The position numbers were made by a program, and so were the translations under genes. The notes below the pieces were generated by a model. The model saw nothing but the letters and a program-made list of their open reading frames with translations. It was not told the origin of the DNA and ran no database searches. From Mobula hypostoma (taxonomy: Eukaryota): a DNA stretch of 64,000 nt. Below, in pieces: positions 38,024 through 51,500 of this stretch; the stretch's first letter is position 1; every line of letters starts with the position of its first letter. Location of the stretch: positions 114,144,001 to 114,208,000 of the forward strand of contig NC_086097.1 in NCBI RefSeq assembly GCF_963921235.1, written 5' to 3'.

Positions 38024-41000
38024 ATACCCCTTTGGATACTGTTGAGGAGGATGACCTACCTGGGCAAGGCAGCAGCAGCCAGACCAATAGCACTGTTTTT
38101 GGCTCTGAGCCTCAGAAGGGAAGGGTGAAGTCAGGTGGAGCAATAGTCATAGGGGACTCGATAGTTAGGGGGACAGATAGGAGATTCTGCGGCAGCAAAA
38201 GAGATGCCAAGATTGTGTGTTGCCTCTCGGGTGCTAGGGTCAGGGATGTCTCTGAGCGATTGTAGAATATATTCTTGAGGGGAAAGGTGAGCAGCTGGAG
38301 GTCATGGTACATGTTGATACTAATGCCATAAGGAGGAGAGGTCCGCATAGTAAGTTTAGGGAGTGAGGAAGGAGGCTGAAGAGCAGGACCTCCAGGGAGG
38401 TAATCTCCAGATTACTGCCGGTGCCACGAGCTAGGGAAGGTCAGAACAGTAAGATAGCACAGATGAATAAGTGGCTGAGGAGATGGTGCAGGGGGCAGGG
38501 TTTCAAGTTGTTGGATCATTAGAACCTTCTCTGGGGAAGGGGTGATCTGTACAAGTGGGACAGGTTGCACCTGAACTGGAGGGGAACCAATATCTTAGGA
38601 TGGAGTTTTGCTAATGCTGTTGGGGACTGTTTAAACTATATCTGCAGGGGGGTGGGAACCAAAGTGAAGAGGCAGAGGATGGGGCAGTTGGCACACAAGT
38701 ACAGACAGCTTGTAGGGAGGTTGTGAGGAAGGGTAGGCAAATGATAGAGCAAAGTTGCACTCAGCCTGATGGTTTGAGATGTGTCTATTTTAATGTAATG
38801 AGTATCATAAACAAGGCGGATGAACATAGAGCGTGAATCAATACCTGAAACTATGATGTTGTGGCCATCACAGAGACTAGGATGTCTCAGGAGCAGGAAA
38901 GGCTGCTGAATGTGTCGGGCTTTAGATGTTTCAAAAAGGATAGGGAGGGAGGCAAAAGAGGTGGGGGATTAGCATTGCTAATCAAGGATACTATCAGGGC
39001 TGCAGAAAAGGAGGAAGTCAAGAAGGGATTGTGGGTCATTGTGGGTGGCAGTCAGAAACAAAAAGGGGCAATAACTCTACTAGGTGTTCTTATAGAACCC
39101 CCTCCCCCCCAGAATAGTAATAGAGACATTGAGGAGCAGATAGGGAGGCAGACTCTGGAACGGTGCCATAATAATAGGGTTGTTGTGGTGGGTGATTTTA
39201 ACCTTCCTAATATTGACTGGCATTTCCTTAGAGCAAGGGGTGTAGATGGTGTGGAGTTTGTTAGGTGCGTTCAGGAAGATTTCCTGACATAATATGTAGA
39301 TAAACCAACTAGAGGAGAGGCTGTACTTGATCTGGTATTGGGAAATGAACCTGGTCAGGTGTCAGATCTCTCGGTGCGAGAACATTTTGGAGGTAGTGAT
39401 ATCAACTCTATCGCCTTTACCATAGCGTTAGAGAGGTACAGGAGCAGACAATTTGGGAAAACATTTAATTGGGGTAGGGGGTAATATGATACTATTAGGC
39501 GGGAACATGGGAACAGAAATTGGTAGCAGATGTTCTCTGGGAAATGCACGGCAGAAATGTGGCAAATGTTCAGGGTATACCTGCATAGCATTCTGCATAG
39601 GTATGTTCCATTGAGGCAGGGAAAGAAAGGATGGTAGGGTAAAAGAATAATGGTGTACAAAGGATATAGAAAATCTAGTTAAGAAGAAAAGAAAAGCTTA
39701 CAAAAGGTTCAAGAAACTAGGTACTGTTAGAGCTCGAGAAAATTACAAGGGTGCCAAGAAGGAGCTCAAGAATGAAATTTGGGGAGCTGGAAGGAGCCAT
39801 GAGAAGGCCTTGGTGAGCAGGATTATGGAAAACCCCAAGCAATACTTTGCTTCAATATTTACTAGTGAGAAGAAACTTGGCAATTGTGGGGTAGACCTAC
39901 AACGGACTGAAACGCTCGAGTGTATAGACATTAAGAAAGAGGATGTGCTAGGAACTTTTGACAGGTATTAAGTTAGATAAGTTGCTGGGACTGGACGAGA
40001 TATACCCCTGCAACACACACAAAATGCTGGATGAACTCAGCAGGCCAGGCAACATCTATGGAAAAAAGTACAGCTGACGTTTCAGGCCGTAACATCAACT
40101 GTACTTTTTTTTGCCTGTCCTGATGAGTTTCTCCAGCATTTTGTGTGTGTTGCATGGATTTCCAACATCTTCAGCTTTTCTCTTGTTTGAGATATACCCC
40201 AGGCTACTGTGGGAAATGAGGGAGGAGATTGCCGAGCTTCTGGCGATGATCTTTGCATTATCAATAAGGATGGGAGAAATACCAGAGGATTGGAAGGTTG
40301 AAAACATTGTTCCCCTGTTCATGAAAGGGAGTAGAGATAATCCAAGAAATTATAGACCAGTGAGCCTTACTTCAGTGGTGGGCAAGTTGTTGGAGGAGAT
40401 CCTGAGAGGCAGGATTTATGAGCATTTGGAGAGACATAATCTGATTAGGGACAGTCAGCATGGCTTTTTCAAGGGCAGGTCATGCCTTACAAACCTGATT
40501 GAATTCTTTAAAGATGTAACAAAACACACTGATGAAGGTAGAGCAGTGGATATAGTGTACATGGATTTCAGTAAGCCATTTGATAAGGTTCCCCATGTAA
40601 GGTTCATTCAGAAAGTATTGAGCTTGGGATCCAAGGAGAACATGCTCTGTGGATCCAGAACTGGCTTGCCCACAGAAGGCTAAGGGTGGTCCTAGATGGT
40701 TTGTATTCTGCATGAAGGACGGTGACCAGTGGTATTCCACAGAGATCTGTTCTGGTACACCTCCTGTTTGTGATTTTCATAAATGACCTAGATGAGGAAG
40801 TAAAAGGGTGGATAGGTAAGTTTCCTGATGACTCAAAAGTTGGGGGTGTTGTGGATAGTTTGGAGGGCTGTCAGAGGTTAGGATGCAGAACTGGGCTGAG
40901 AAGTGGCAGATGGAGTTCAAACCGGATAAGTGTGAAGTGGTTCACTTTGGTAGGTCAAATTTGAAGACAGAATATAATATTAATGGTAAGACTCTTGGCA

Positions 41001-41690
41001 GTGTGGAGAATCAGTGAGATCTTGGGATCCATGTCCATAGGACGCTCAAAGCTGCTGTGCAGGTTGACAGTGTTAAGAAGGTGTATGGTGTGTTGGCCTT
41101 CATCAACTGTGGTCCTGAGTTCAAGAGCAGTGAGGTAAAGTTACAGCTATATAACAGCTTAGTCAGAATCCACTTGGAGTACTGTGTTCAGTTCTGGTCA
41201 CCTCACTAAGGAAGGAAGTGGACACTTTAGAGAAAGTGCAGAGGAGATTTACAAGGGGCATGCCTTATGAGAATAGGTTGAGTGAACATGGCCTTTTCTC
41301 CTTGGAGGATGAAGGGTGACCTGATAGAGGTGTATAAGATGAAGAAAGGCATTGATTGTGTGGATAGCTAGAGGATTTTTTCCCAGGGCTGAAATGGCTA
41401 ACATGAGGGAGTATAGTTTTAAGGTGCTTGGAAGTAGGTACAAGGGGATGTCAGAGGTAAGTTTTTCACACAGAGAGTGGTGGGTACGTGGAATGCACTG
41501 CCAGCGATGGTGGTGGAGGCAGAAACAATAGGGTCTTTTAAGAGACTCATAGGTAGGTACTGTACATGGAGCTTAGAAAAAGAGGGCTATGCAGAAGGGA
41601 AATTCTGGTAGTTTCTAGAGTAGGATACATGGTCGATACAACTGTGGGCCGAAGGGCCTGTAATGTACTGTAGATTTCTATGTTTCTATC
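38024..41690 (+). mobile_element. Long decayed CR1 LINE (esterase ORF1, APE, RT, 3' end), antisense in host intron
   Basis: IVIGDSIVRG, AITET, VGDFNLP, NYRPVSLTSVVGK, YMDFSKPFDKVPH, GIPQRSVL; ends GGCCGAAGGGCCTGTAATGTACTGTAGATTTCTATGTTTCTAT. Confidence 0.95.
40009..40188. mobile_element. Penelope-derived palindromic mini-insertion inside the CR1
   Basis: 12-bp TSD GAGATATACCCC at 39997-40008 and 40189-40200; perfect 23-bp inverted repeat 40009-40031 / 40132-40154, continuing imperfectly inward. Confidence 0.92.
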
Positions 41691-41714
41691 TCTTAAAATA
41701 ATAGTGTTCTTGAG

Positions 41715-43340
41715 ACATTTCATCAGAGCTGAGAAGGAAAGGGGAAGATGCCAGAGTAAAAAGGTGGGGAGAAAGGAAGGAGGCTAGCTGGAAGGTGATA
41801 GGTGAAGCCAGATCAGTGGGAAAGGTAAAAAGAGCTGGAGATAAAGGAATCTGATAGGAGAGTGGACAATAGGAGAAAGGGAAGGAGCAGGGGACTCAGA
41901 GGGAGGTGGTAGGCAGGTGAGAAGAGGGAAGAGGCCGGAGTGGGGAATCAAAGATGAGGGGAGAGAGAGAGTTTTTTTTTAAACCAGAAGTAGAAATCAA
42001 TTTTTATGCCATCAGGTTGGAGAAGGAATGTAAGGTGTTGCTCCTCCACACTGAGGGTGGCCTTATTTTGGCACAACAGGAGGTCATGTACTGAGATGTC
42101 AGAATGGGAATAGGAGTCAAAATTAAAATGTTGGGACACTGGGAAGTTCTGCTTTTGGTGGATGGAGTGGCAGTGCTCAACAAAGCAGTCCTCCAAATTA
42201 CATTGGAACTCACCAATGCAGAGGAGGCCACATCGGGAGCATCAGATACAATAGACGAGCCCAGTAGATTAGCAGGTGAAGTGCTGCCTCACCTGGGAGG
42301 ACAGTTTGGGGCTTGGAAGGGAGGAGGTGAATGGGCAGGTGTAGCACTTTGGCTGCTTGCAAAGATTAGTGATGGTAAGGTGATTAGTGGCGACGGAAGA
42401 ATGGATAAGGGAGTCTAGGAGGGAGCAATTCCTATGGAAAACAGAAAGTGGGGGGGGGGGAGGTAAGCATATGTTTGGTGGTAGGATCCCTGTAGAGACA
42501 GTGGAAGTTGCTAAGAATGATGTGTTGGAAGCAGCAGGTTGTAAGGTTGTAGGTAAGGACAATAGGAATTCTATCACTGTTAAGGCAGCATTTTTACAAG
42601 AGACAGGGTGAGAAGAGGTACAGTCAAGATAGCCTTGCGAAATGATAGGTTTATAAAAGATACTGGTCAACAGTTTGTCTGCAAGAAAGGGAAGGGAGGT
42701 GTCAGAAATGGACCAAGTGAATTTAAGGGCAGGGTGGAAGATGGAGGCAAAGTTGATGAAATTGATGAGTTCAGCATGAAGCAGCACAATGCAGTTGTTA
42801 ATATAGCAGAGGAAAAGTTGGGGAGCATTACTGGAGAAGGCTTGGAACATGGACTATTCTATGTAGCCAACAAAAAGGCAGGCATAGCTGGGGTCCATGT
42901 GGGTGCTCATGACCATCTCTCGAGTCTGGAGAAAGTGAGAGGAGCTGAAGGAAACATTGTGGAGGGTGAGGGCTAGTTCTGCCAGACAGAGGACAATGGT
43001 GGTGGAAAGGAACTGACTGATTCTTCTATTGAGAAAAAAATTGAGTTCTTTAAGGCTTTCTTGCTGATGGATAGAAGTGTATAGGGACTGCACATCCATG
43101 GTGAAAATGAGTCATTCAGGACCAGGGAATTGAAAGTTAGTGAGGAGATTGACAGCATGAGTAGTGTCACGGATATACTGTAGGTAGGAAGGGACTGAAT
43201 CAAGGGAGATAGAATGGAATTGAAGTATGAAGACACTAGTTCAATGGAGCAGGCACAGACAGAGACAATAGGCCTACCCGGATAGTTGGGTTTATGGATC
43301 TTGGATAGGATGCAGAAATAAGGGAACTATGAGTTTGGTG
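41715..43340 (-). mobile_element. Decayed Penelope-like element (RT, GIY-YIG remnant, terminal repeat)
   Basis: MDVQSLYTSI, FHPALKFTWSIS, PVSQHFN, EEQHL in broken frames; homologous to 53815-55735. Confidence 0.9.
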
Positions 43341-43419
43341 GTGATGTTAATTTAGTGTTAGTGGTGCCAGTTTAGTTCACTGGCTTTCAGTAGTCATGTG
43401 ACCATCTTTAAAAGTAGGG

Positions 43420-46120
43420 ACATTACCTTTCAAATATAAAGTCGTTGGAGACTTTAAGTATAGTGTACAATTTTGGTTACTGTCATGGCAATAGCTGGAG
43501 AGGGTGCAGAAGAGATTTACAAGGATGCTGCCCGGACTAGAGGACATGAGTTATAGGGCAAGGTTTTCCATGCTGGATCTTTGTTCCCTAAAATGCAGGA
43601 GAATGATGGGCTGCCTCACAGAAGTTTATAAAATCATGAAAGGATATGGATAAGGTCAACTTTCATAGTCTTTTCATAGGGTTGGGGAGTCCAAAACTAG
43701 AATTAGAGGGTTATAGATTGAATGTGGACGATTTAGGACTAGCAGAGACAATGCTGTGGCTGGCACAGGCCAGTTGGGCAAAAGGGCCTGCTTCACGCTG
43801 TATTATTCTTTGACTTTACTAGCTTTTAACTCTCCCTGTATGACTTTTAAAAGCTTCCCATTTGTCAGACATCCCTTTAACTGCTACCAGCCTCTTCCAA
43901 TTTAACTTTTGAAAGTTCTTGTGCAATGCCATCAAAATTAGCCCTGCCACAATGTAGGTCTTTAACTTATGGATCAGTCTGGCCTTTCCCTAACTATTTT
44001 AAAACTAATAGAATTATGGTCACTGGTCCCAAATGGCTATCCCCACTGACATCTCTGCCACTTACCAAACCTGATTTCTGAAAAGCAACTCAAATGTTGC
44101 CTCCTCTGTAGTCAGACCATCTACCTGAGAAAACTTTAATGAACACACTTAAAAAAAAATCTGCCCCATCTAATTCTTCAGCATTATGGCACTTGCAGTC
44201 AATAAAAGGGAAGATAAAGTCACCTACTATTACATACCTATTATTCCTACAGTATTCATAATCCCTTTAAATATTTGTTCTTTTAATTCATGAAGACTTA
44301 CTGAAAGGCCCACAGTACAAACCTATCCAAGTGATCATCCTGTTCTTATTTCTGACTTCCACCCCTATAGCCTGACTGTATGTTTCTCCATGAATATCCC
44401 CTCAAAGTACGAATGTAATGTTCATCTCCTAATTGAAAATGTAATTCCCCATTCTCCTCTCTTTACACGGATTACACCTGCAGCATTTGTACCCCAGAAT
44501 ACTGAGCTGACAGTTCTCTTCATCTCTTAATCATGTTTCTGAACAGCCCTGTAAGGTTACTTGCAACAAAATAAATGCAGTTTAGCCAATCCTCACTCCT
44601 TGTCTTGCCTGTCTGTCCTGTCTCCTATATTTGCTCACTTTAATTTCACTATTTGCCTCAACCTTCTCATTTACTACAATACTACTTTGGATCCCATGAC
44701 TTGCCAAGGCCTGAATAGTTCTAGCAAATTTCCTTGCCAGGGTATTGGACCACCGTTCATCAATCATGCATTCATCTGTCTTTTATCCTTCTATCTTTTA
44801 TCCTCACTGGTGTGTGACATCGGGAACAATGCAGAGATTACACCAGCTGAGGTCCTGCTTTTTAATTTTCTGCCTATCTCCCTATATTGAGCCTGCAAGA
44901 ACCTTGTTGCTTTTTCTTCCATCAGTACCATTCTATATATTGACCTTTAGCTGCTCACCCTCCCCCTTGAGAATGCCACAGATTTCCATGACACTGGAAC
45001 CCTGCAGGCAACATTCACAGCCCAGCAATTTCTGCCTGTCCCCCTAATGGTCAAGTCCCTATTATTACTGCTCTTCTTGAATCCACCCTCTCCAGTTGTG
45101 CATCAGTGCCAGTCATTGTGTCACAGATGTAGTTCTTGCTGCACTTCTGTTACTCAGGGGATTAGTTAGAAGGGAACCCTGAATCCTCTTATACCCTCAA
45201 GCTTTCCTAATCGTCACCTAACTACCTGCTGCCTGGACCACCTCACTAAAGCTCCTTCTATGGTGATCTCAACATCACAGATGCTCCTGAATGAGTTCAA
45301 TTGCAGCTTCAGCCACTCAATCAGAATATACCATTTGAAAATTGAGTAAACAACAAATCACAGGCTCTGTACTTCTCCATGATTACCAAATGCATCTGCA
45401 CTACTACAGCAGGAAACAGTAATGTATGCACATAATGTATGTAATTACAAGATGGTGATAAGGATGCAACAAATGGATTTTGTATTAAATAATAGAATAG
45501 ATATCATGTCAAGTAGAAAGGTTTACTTGCAACAACAGTGATGTTGACCACAATGCCTACCTGAGAAACCTGAAACATTGCTAAGCACAAGGACAGCAAA
45601 CTTTGAATATATATCAGCCAGGTGTGGGCATGGCAAAAAGCAATACTTCAGATTTATTTGGATTGAAAGCCATTTGCCAATCCTCAGCCCATACACTTAG
45701 CTGACCAAGATCTGCTTGTAATTTTTCATGACCCTTAGACACTATCCACAACATCATCTGTTTTACTATCATCCATAAATTTAGGAACTATGCTTGTACA
45801 TTTACATCCAATCATTGATATAAATTAGGGACAACATAGGCTCCTGTGGCACACCACTCAGACACAAGTCTCCAGTCTCAGAAACAACCGTCAACTATCA
45901 GCTTCTGCTTCTTAGAACTGAGCCAATTATGAATCTTGGATCCCATGCAATCTAACTTTCCAGAGTAGCGTGCCATGTGGGACTTGTCAAAGACTTTGCT
46001 AAAATTTATATAGACCAAGTCTACTACTTTGCCCTTGTCAGCCCTCTTGGTTACCTCTTTGAAGAACTCTGAGATCTGTCATACATAATTTCCCACCCAT
46101 AAAGCTATGCTGACTGTCCT
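43420..46120. mobile_element. Cluster of old CR1 fragments (about 43420-43820 plus; 43820-45320 and 45660-46120 minus)
   Basis: Degenerate similarity to RT C-terminal, APE and esterase segments of the CR1s at 4359-8275 and 38024-41690. Confidence 0.65.
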
Positions 46121-46349
46121 AAATCAGACACTGACTCTCCAAGTGTTGGCTGACCCTGTCCTGACACTGAGGTGGGATCGGGAGTGTTAAAAGGATATAA
46201 ATACTGAGAGATATACATACAGATTTGATGACCTGCTGTAAGTGGTGATGACTCATGACCTGGCAAATCAAACAGTATGGCTGTGAACATGGGCAGCTGA
46301 GGTTATCTAGGGAATAAGAAAGCAGTGTTTCTAGTAGGGTGGAGCTTAG

Positions 46350-47155
46350 GAGGACAATGGCACCTAACGGCGACTCCTTTCCTTGCATCTTCAGAAGCAG
46401 CTCTGTTTCTACCTTTGATATCTCTTTTTCTCCTTTTCAAGGATCTTTTGCAGACCCTGACCTGGATTACACGTGGACTTCAGTTCTTTGAGAAAATGGG
46501 ACCCGCCCTTGGGGCCTCACGACTGGCCGCTTTTCGATATTCCAAGGATGCAGGCTGGAAGACTAGCATGCCTTCAGGGTGCCAGATTTTCATGGCTCTG
46601 GAGGCAGGTGGACTGAAGGCCGGTGTCGCTGCCTGATGCATCATGAGAGACGGAAGACCGTAAGCAGTGAGCTGCTGCTGGCTGTATGCCCAGAGACCCA
46701 AGTTCTTTGGGCACAGAGCTCAGAAAAAGCAACACAACAGGCTTTTAACACCATAAATCAATGAGTTGCTTTGTTATGTCTCCCCTCTCGCTGTGACACA
46801 GGGCCACCTCTTCTTCCTTTATTAGGGAGTGGGAGAGCTTGTGGCATGTCGAATACCGGGTGAACGAGTAGTCTTTGGGGTACTGCAAGTCTTGACCTTA
46901 TTGATGCATTGCTGCATGCTTGAGTGCCTAGTGGGGGGTGCTGATTTTTTTTGTTGTGGGGGGAGTCATTGCTTTGCTGCTGCTTATGCGCAGGAGGGGG
47001 AAGCTGGTGGGGGGCTGTGGGGTTCTGACATTTAACTAACATTCATTCTATGGGGCACTCCTCTGTTTTCGTGGATATTTGCGAAGAAAAAGAATTACAG
47101 AATGTTTATTGTATACATTTCTCTGACATTAAATGTACCTATTGAAGCCTATTGA
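46350..47155 (+). mobile_element. Non-coding interspersed element with (CCTATTGA)-type tail
   Basis: Starts ATGGCACC like the element at 3897; ends ATTAAATGTACCTATTGAAGCCTATTGA; no coding motifs. Confidence 0.5.
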
Positions 47156-47716
47156 TGAATTGAGCAGAAGGTTAAATTATAGTTCAGAAACTATGAAGAT
47201 ACCATGGTTAGGAATTTGACTGATAATGGAATGGGAGTTGAACACAAAGATTTAAAAGTAGTGAGAATAATGGAAAACAGTGAGTTGTTCAAATAAGGAA
47301 AAAGAGAAATGGAGGAAATGACCAAGGTTAGATTTGATAATAAGAGTCAATGAACTATCTCAGCAATGTTAACAAAGGTAGCTAGATTCAGATAAGGAGG
47401 CCTCATTGAGGGAAAAGATGTTAGGTGATTCCACTGTATAGACTTGGTGAAATCAGCTACGTCTTCACCAAGTCTATACAGCTGAATCACCTAGAATAAA
47501 CATTTGGTTGTCTAGATATTTTTCACAAATGAACTGACATCTGTAGAGAAGGTGCTGGTAGGACAGTTAGCTAATTCCTTGACTGAATCTACCGAGTCAG
47601 AAAATGAAGAGTTGAATAAATTGAGAAAGAGATCGTCAAGATTTCACAATGAGTAGGAAAAAAAACAATGAAAGAAGGCTTTGCAGCTCATAAAAAGATA
47701 GTTTTTAAAAAAGCTT

Positions 47717-49080
47717 TTGAGCCCACTGGCCTGCTTTGACAGGTTGGTTATGACTAGACTGAACTCCTGCCTCAGCAAGGACCTGGTCCCATTGCAATTT
47801 GCCTATCACCACAATAGGTCAACAGCAAACACAATCTCAATAGCTCTCCACATGACTTTAGATCACCTAGACAACATAAACACCTACGTCAGGATGCTGT
47901 TCATAGACTATAGCTCAGCATTTAATACCATCATTCCCATAATGCTGATTGAGAAGTTGCAGAACCTGGGCCTCTGTACCTCCCTTTGCAATTGGATCCT
48001 CGACTTCCTAACCAGAAGACCACAGTCTTTGTGGATTGGTGGTAACACATCCTCCTCGCTGACGATCAACACTGGTGCACCTCAGGGGTGTGCGCTTAGC
48101 CCACTGCTCTACCCTCTATATACACATGACTGTGTGACTAAGCATAGCTCAAATACCATCTATAAATTTGCTGACGACACAACCATTGTTGGTGGCATCT
48201 CAGGTGGTGATGAGAGGGTGTACAGGAGTGAGATATGCTAAATGGTGGAATGGTGCTGCAGCAACAACAACCTGGCACTTAATGTCAGTGAGACGAAAGA
48301 GCTGATTGTGGACTTCAGGAAGGGTAAGACGAAGGAACACATCCCAATCCTCATAGAGGGATCAGAAGTGGAGAAAGTGAGCAGTTTCAATTTCCTGGGT
48401 GTCAAGATCTCTGAGGATCTAACCTGGTCCCAACATATCGATGTAGTTATAAAGAAGGCAAAACAGTGGCTATGCTTTGTTAAGAGTTTGAAGAAATTTG
48501 GCATGTCAACAAATACTCTCAAAAAGTTGTATCGTGGAGAGCATTCTAACAGGCTGTGTCACTGTCTGGTAATGGAGGGGCTAAAACACAGGACCGAAAG
48601 AAGCTGCAGATGGTTGTAAATTTAGTCGGCTCCATCTTGGGCACTAGCCTACAAAGTACCCAGGACATCTTTGGGGAGCAGTGTCTCAGAAAGGCAGCGT
48701 CCATTATTAAGGACCTCCAGCACCCAGGGCATGCCCTTTTCTCACTGTTACCATCAGGTAGGAGGTAGAAAAGGCTGAAGGCACACACTCAGTGATTCAG
48801 GAACAGCTCCTTGCCCTCTGCCATCTGATTCCTAAATGGATATTGAAGCTTTGGACACTACCTCACTTTTTTTCCCCAAATATACAGTATTTTTATGCAC
48901 TTTTTAAATCTATTCAATATATGTAATTGATTTACTTGTTTATTTATTATTATGATCTTTTATTTTATTTATTATTATTATTATTTTTCTCTCTGCTAGA
49001 TTATGTATTACATTGAACAGCTGTTGCTAAGTTAATAAATTTCACGTCACATGCCGGTGATAATAAACCTGATTCTGATC
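47717..49080 (+). mobile_element. Rex1/Babar-type LINE, 5'-truncated RT plus 3' UTR
   Basis: [62 protein letters not shown]; tail AATAAACCTGATTCTGA. Confidence 0.93.
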
Positions 49081-49574
49081 ACATCTTTCCCCATATTTTC
49101 AGATTCAATGAGAACTACATGCAATCATGTTACCCAAAACACCAACTATTTATTCCCCTCTATAGATGCTGCCTGACTTGCTGAGTTTCTCCAGCATTTT
49201 GTGTATGCTGCAGTTACAGTCTTACTGTCATTTAATTTAGGAGGCAATATAATGAATGGGAGGGGTATGAAGGACAATGGTCCAGGTGCAGGTCGATGGG
49301 ACTTGGCATTTTAAATGGTTTGGTACAAACTGGATGGAGCAATGACTCTATAAAATGGAAATTGCCTTGCTGCATCCTCACACAGTTTCTCTACTTTACC
49401 AGCCTTCATAGCATTTTATAATGTCAAAGAATATCCATAGTTTTCATTTCCTACATCATATATGTTTGTTATTGAGTGTTTATGACTGTGCCTTCATCTG
49501 ATCCTTTGGAAAATAATTTGATACAACATGCATTCTTCTACTTTGGATAACTCTTTGGAGAGTCTAATACAAAG

Positions 49575-50280
49575 ACATAAGAAAATAGGAGCCATAATAG
49601 GCTATTAAGGCCCCCCAAGATTGCCCTGCAATTCAAAATGATGATGGCTGATTTATGCTGTGCCAGTTCATCTCCTCTGTGCCAGTTCTCCATAACCCTT
49701 AATTATTTGATATTCCATCTTAAATATATCTAATGACCTGACCACAACCACCTGTGGAGCAGAATAATCCAGATTCACTACCCTCTGAGCGAAGAAATTT
49801 CTGTGCTCCTCAGTTTTAAATAACTGGCCTCTTAGTTATCTCTCACTAATGAAAACATCTTAACATATTCTGTGTCAAGACCCTTAGGGTCATATATGTT
49901 TGAATAAGGTCGGTCCTCATTCATCTTACCTCCAAAAGAACATGTGAACAAACAGTCTAATCTTCTTTGATTGGGCAATCCTCTCATCTATGAATTAGCT
50001 TCTGGAGCTCTTTTATCTTGCCTCCTATGCATCAATTTTCTTTTTTTAAGGTAAAGGATTACAACTATGTGCAGTATTCCAATTGTGGCATCACCAAAAC
50101 TCTGTACAACACTAATAAGCCACCCCCTCCCCATTCTTAAATACCAACATTTTGCAATAAAAGAGACCATGCTGCTCGCCTGAACAACTTGGTTGGATCT
50201 ACATGCTAACCTTTTGTGATACATGTGCTAGAACTTCCAGATCCCTCTAATCTTCACTCTTTGCAGATTCACTCCATTAA
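49575..50280 (-). mobile_element. Old CR1 3' fragment
   Basis: Degenerate match to the 3' end of 30490-31425. Confidence 0.7.
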
Positions 50281-50456
50281 CAGTAACTTGCCACAAATGT
50301 GAAATGTGAGTTAACTCCCAAGATTCAGTAGGTTGGCTAATGTCTACATTGGAAAGCACAAACTTGATGACATATCAGTCTCATAGTCCAAAAATTGGAA
50401 AAACAACGTAATATTCTAAAATTAAATACAAACATCGTTCAAAGAATGGAGCTTAC

Positions 50457-50576
50457 TTCACATTTCCTTTTTTCTGTTCCTTTATCAGAATAATTCAGTC
50501 CCGTCAGAGACTTTGAACTGAGCTGTTGAAAATTAGTTTGCTTTTCTTGCTTCTTTATATCAAACACACCAGATAC
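50457..50576 (-). CDS. C18orf63: Probable C18orf63 exon: VSGVFDIKKQEKQTNFQQLSSKSLTGLNYSDKGTEKRKCE
   Basis: TTTTGTGCTTCAG acceptor, GTAAGC donor, exactly 120 bp open frame, phase 0-0, non-repetitive. Supported by splice signals and frame only. Confidence 0.72.
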
Positions 50577-50827
50577 CTGAAGCACAAAATACAAATAAGT
50601 AATAATACATGCTATAAATATTACTTGTAAATTTAAAATTGTGGAGTAAGATAGTTGGTGGATCCATATTCAGGAACTATTTGATACTGATTGCCTAATT
50701 AAGCTTATGCTTTGTTTTTATTAATTTCTATTTGTCTCTCTCATTTTGCTTCATTTGTGCTTAGTATGAAGATAGGTACATCAAGTAAAATTGGGCTAAT
50801 AAATTAAAATGGTGTTGATACAAAAAG

Positions 50828-51500
50828 TCGGCACAATGGTGCAACTAGTACAGCAGCACCCTCATTGCACCAGCAGTGAGTTCAGTGCTGATCTCAGGTG
50901 TTGACTGTATGGAATTTTCTCCCTGTGACCGAGTGAGTTTATCTCTGGTGATCTCATTTTTCCCACATCTTAAAAGTATATGGCTTAGTAGGTCACCTGT
51001 CTACTGAAGAGTGGCTGTGGTAAGGGGAGGGTAACCTGATGAAAATACAGGTAAAATTAAAAAATGGGTTAATGTAGGATCAGTGTAAATGGGTGGCTGA
51101 TGGTAGGCAGAGATTCAGTGGGCCAAATGGCCTGTTTCAGTGCTGGATGTCTCTATGTCACTATAAACAGGTATGAAGAACCAAATTGCTATAATTTGCT
51201 TCCCTTTCTTAGATTACAGTTTGGTCGTCTTTGATTCATAAGTTGGAGGTCACATGTTGGCATTGGAGTTCGGAGTTCAATTTCGGTGTCATCTGTAAGG
51301 AGTCTGTATGTTCTCCCTGTGGAATATGTGTGTTTTCCCCTAGCATTCCAGTTTCCTCCCACAGTCCAACAATGTACCAGTTAGTAGGGTAACTGGTCAT
51401 TGTAAATTGTCCTATGATTAGGCTAGGGTTAAATCAGGGGTTGCTGGGCAGCACGGCTCGAAAAGCCCAAAGGGCTTCATCTGCACTGTATCTCAATAAA
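50828..51500 (+). mobile_element. Two V-SINE-like copies (about 50828-51165 and 51250-51500)
   Basis: SINE core GTTCTCCCTGTG...TTTCCTCCCACAGTCCAA; CR1-like tail GGGCCAAATGGCCTGTTTC. Confidence 0.75.

Noticed and set aside
37496..38143. Pro/Ser/Leu-rich ORFs on the minus strand
   Set aside because: Produced by the pyrimidine-rich Penelope repeat and the minisatellite.
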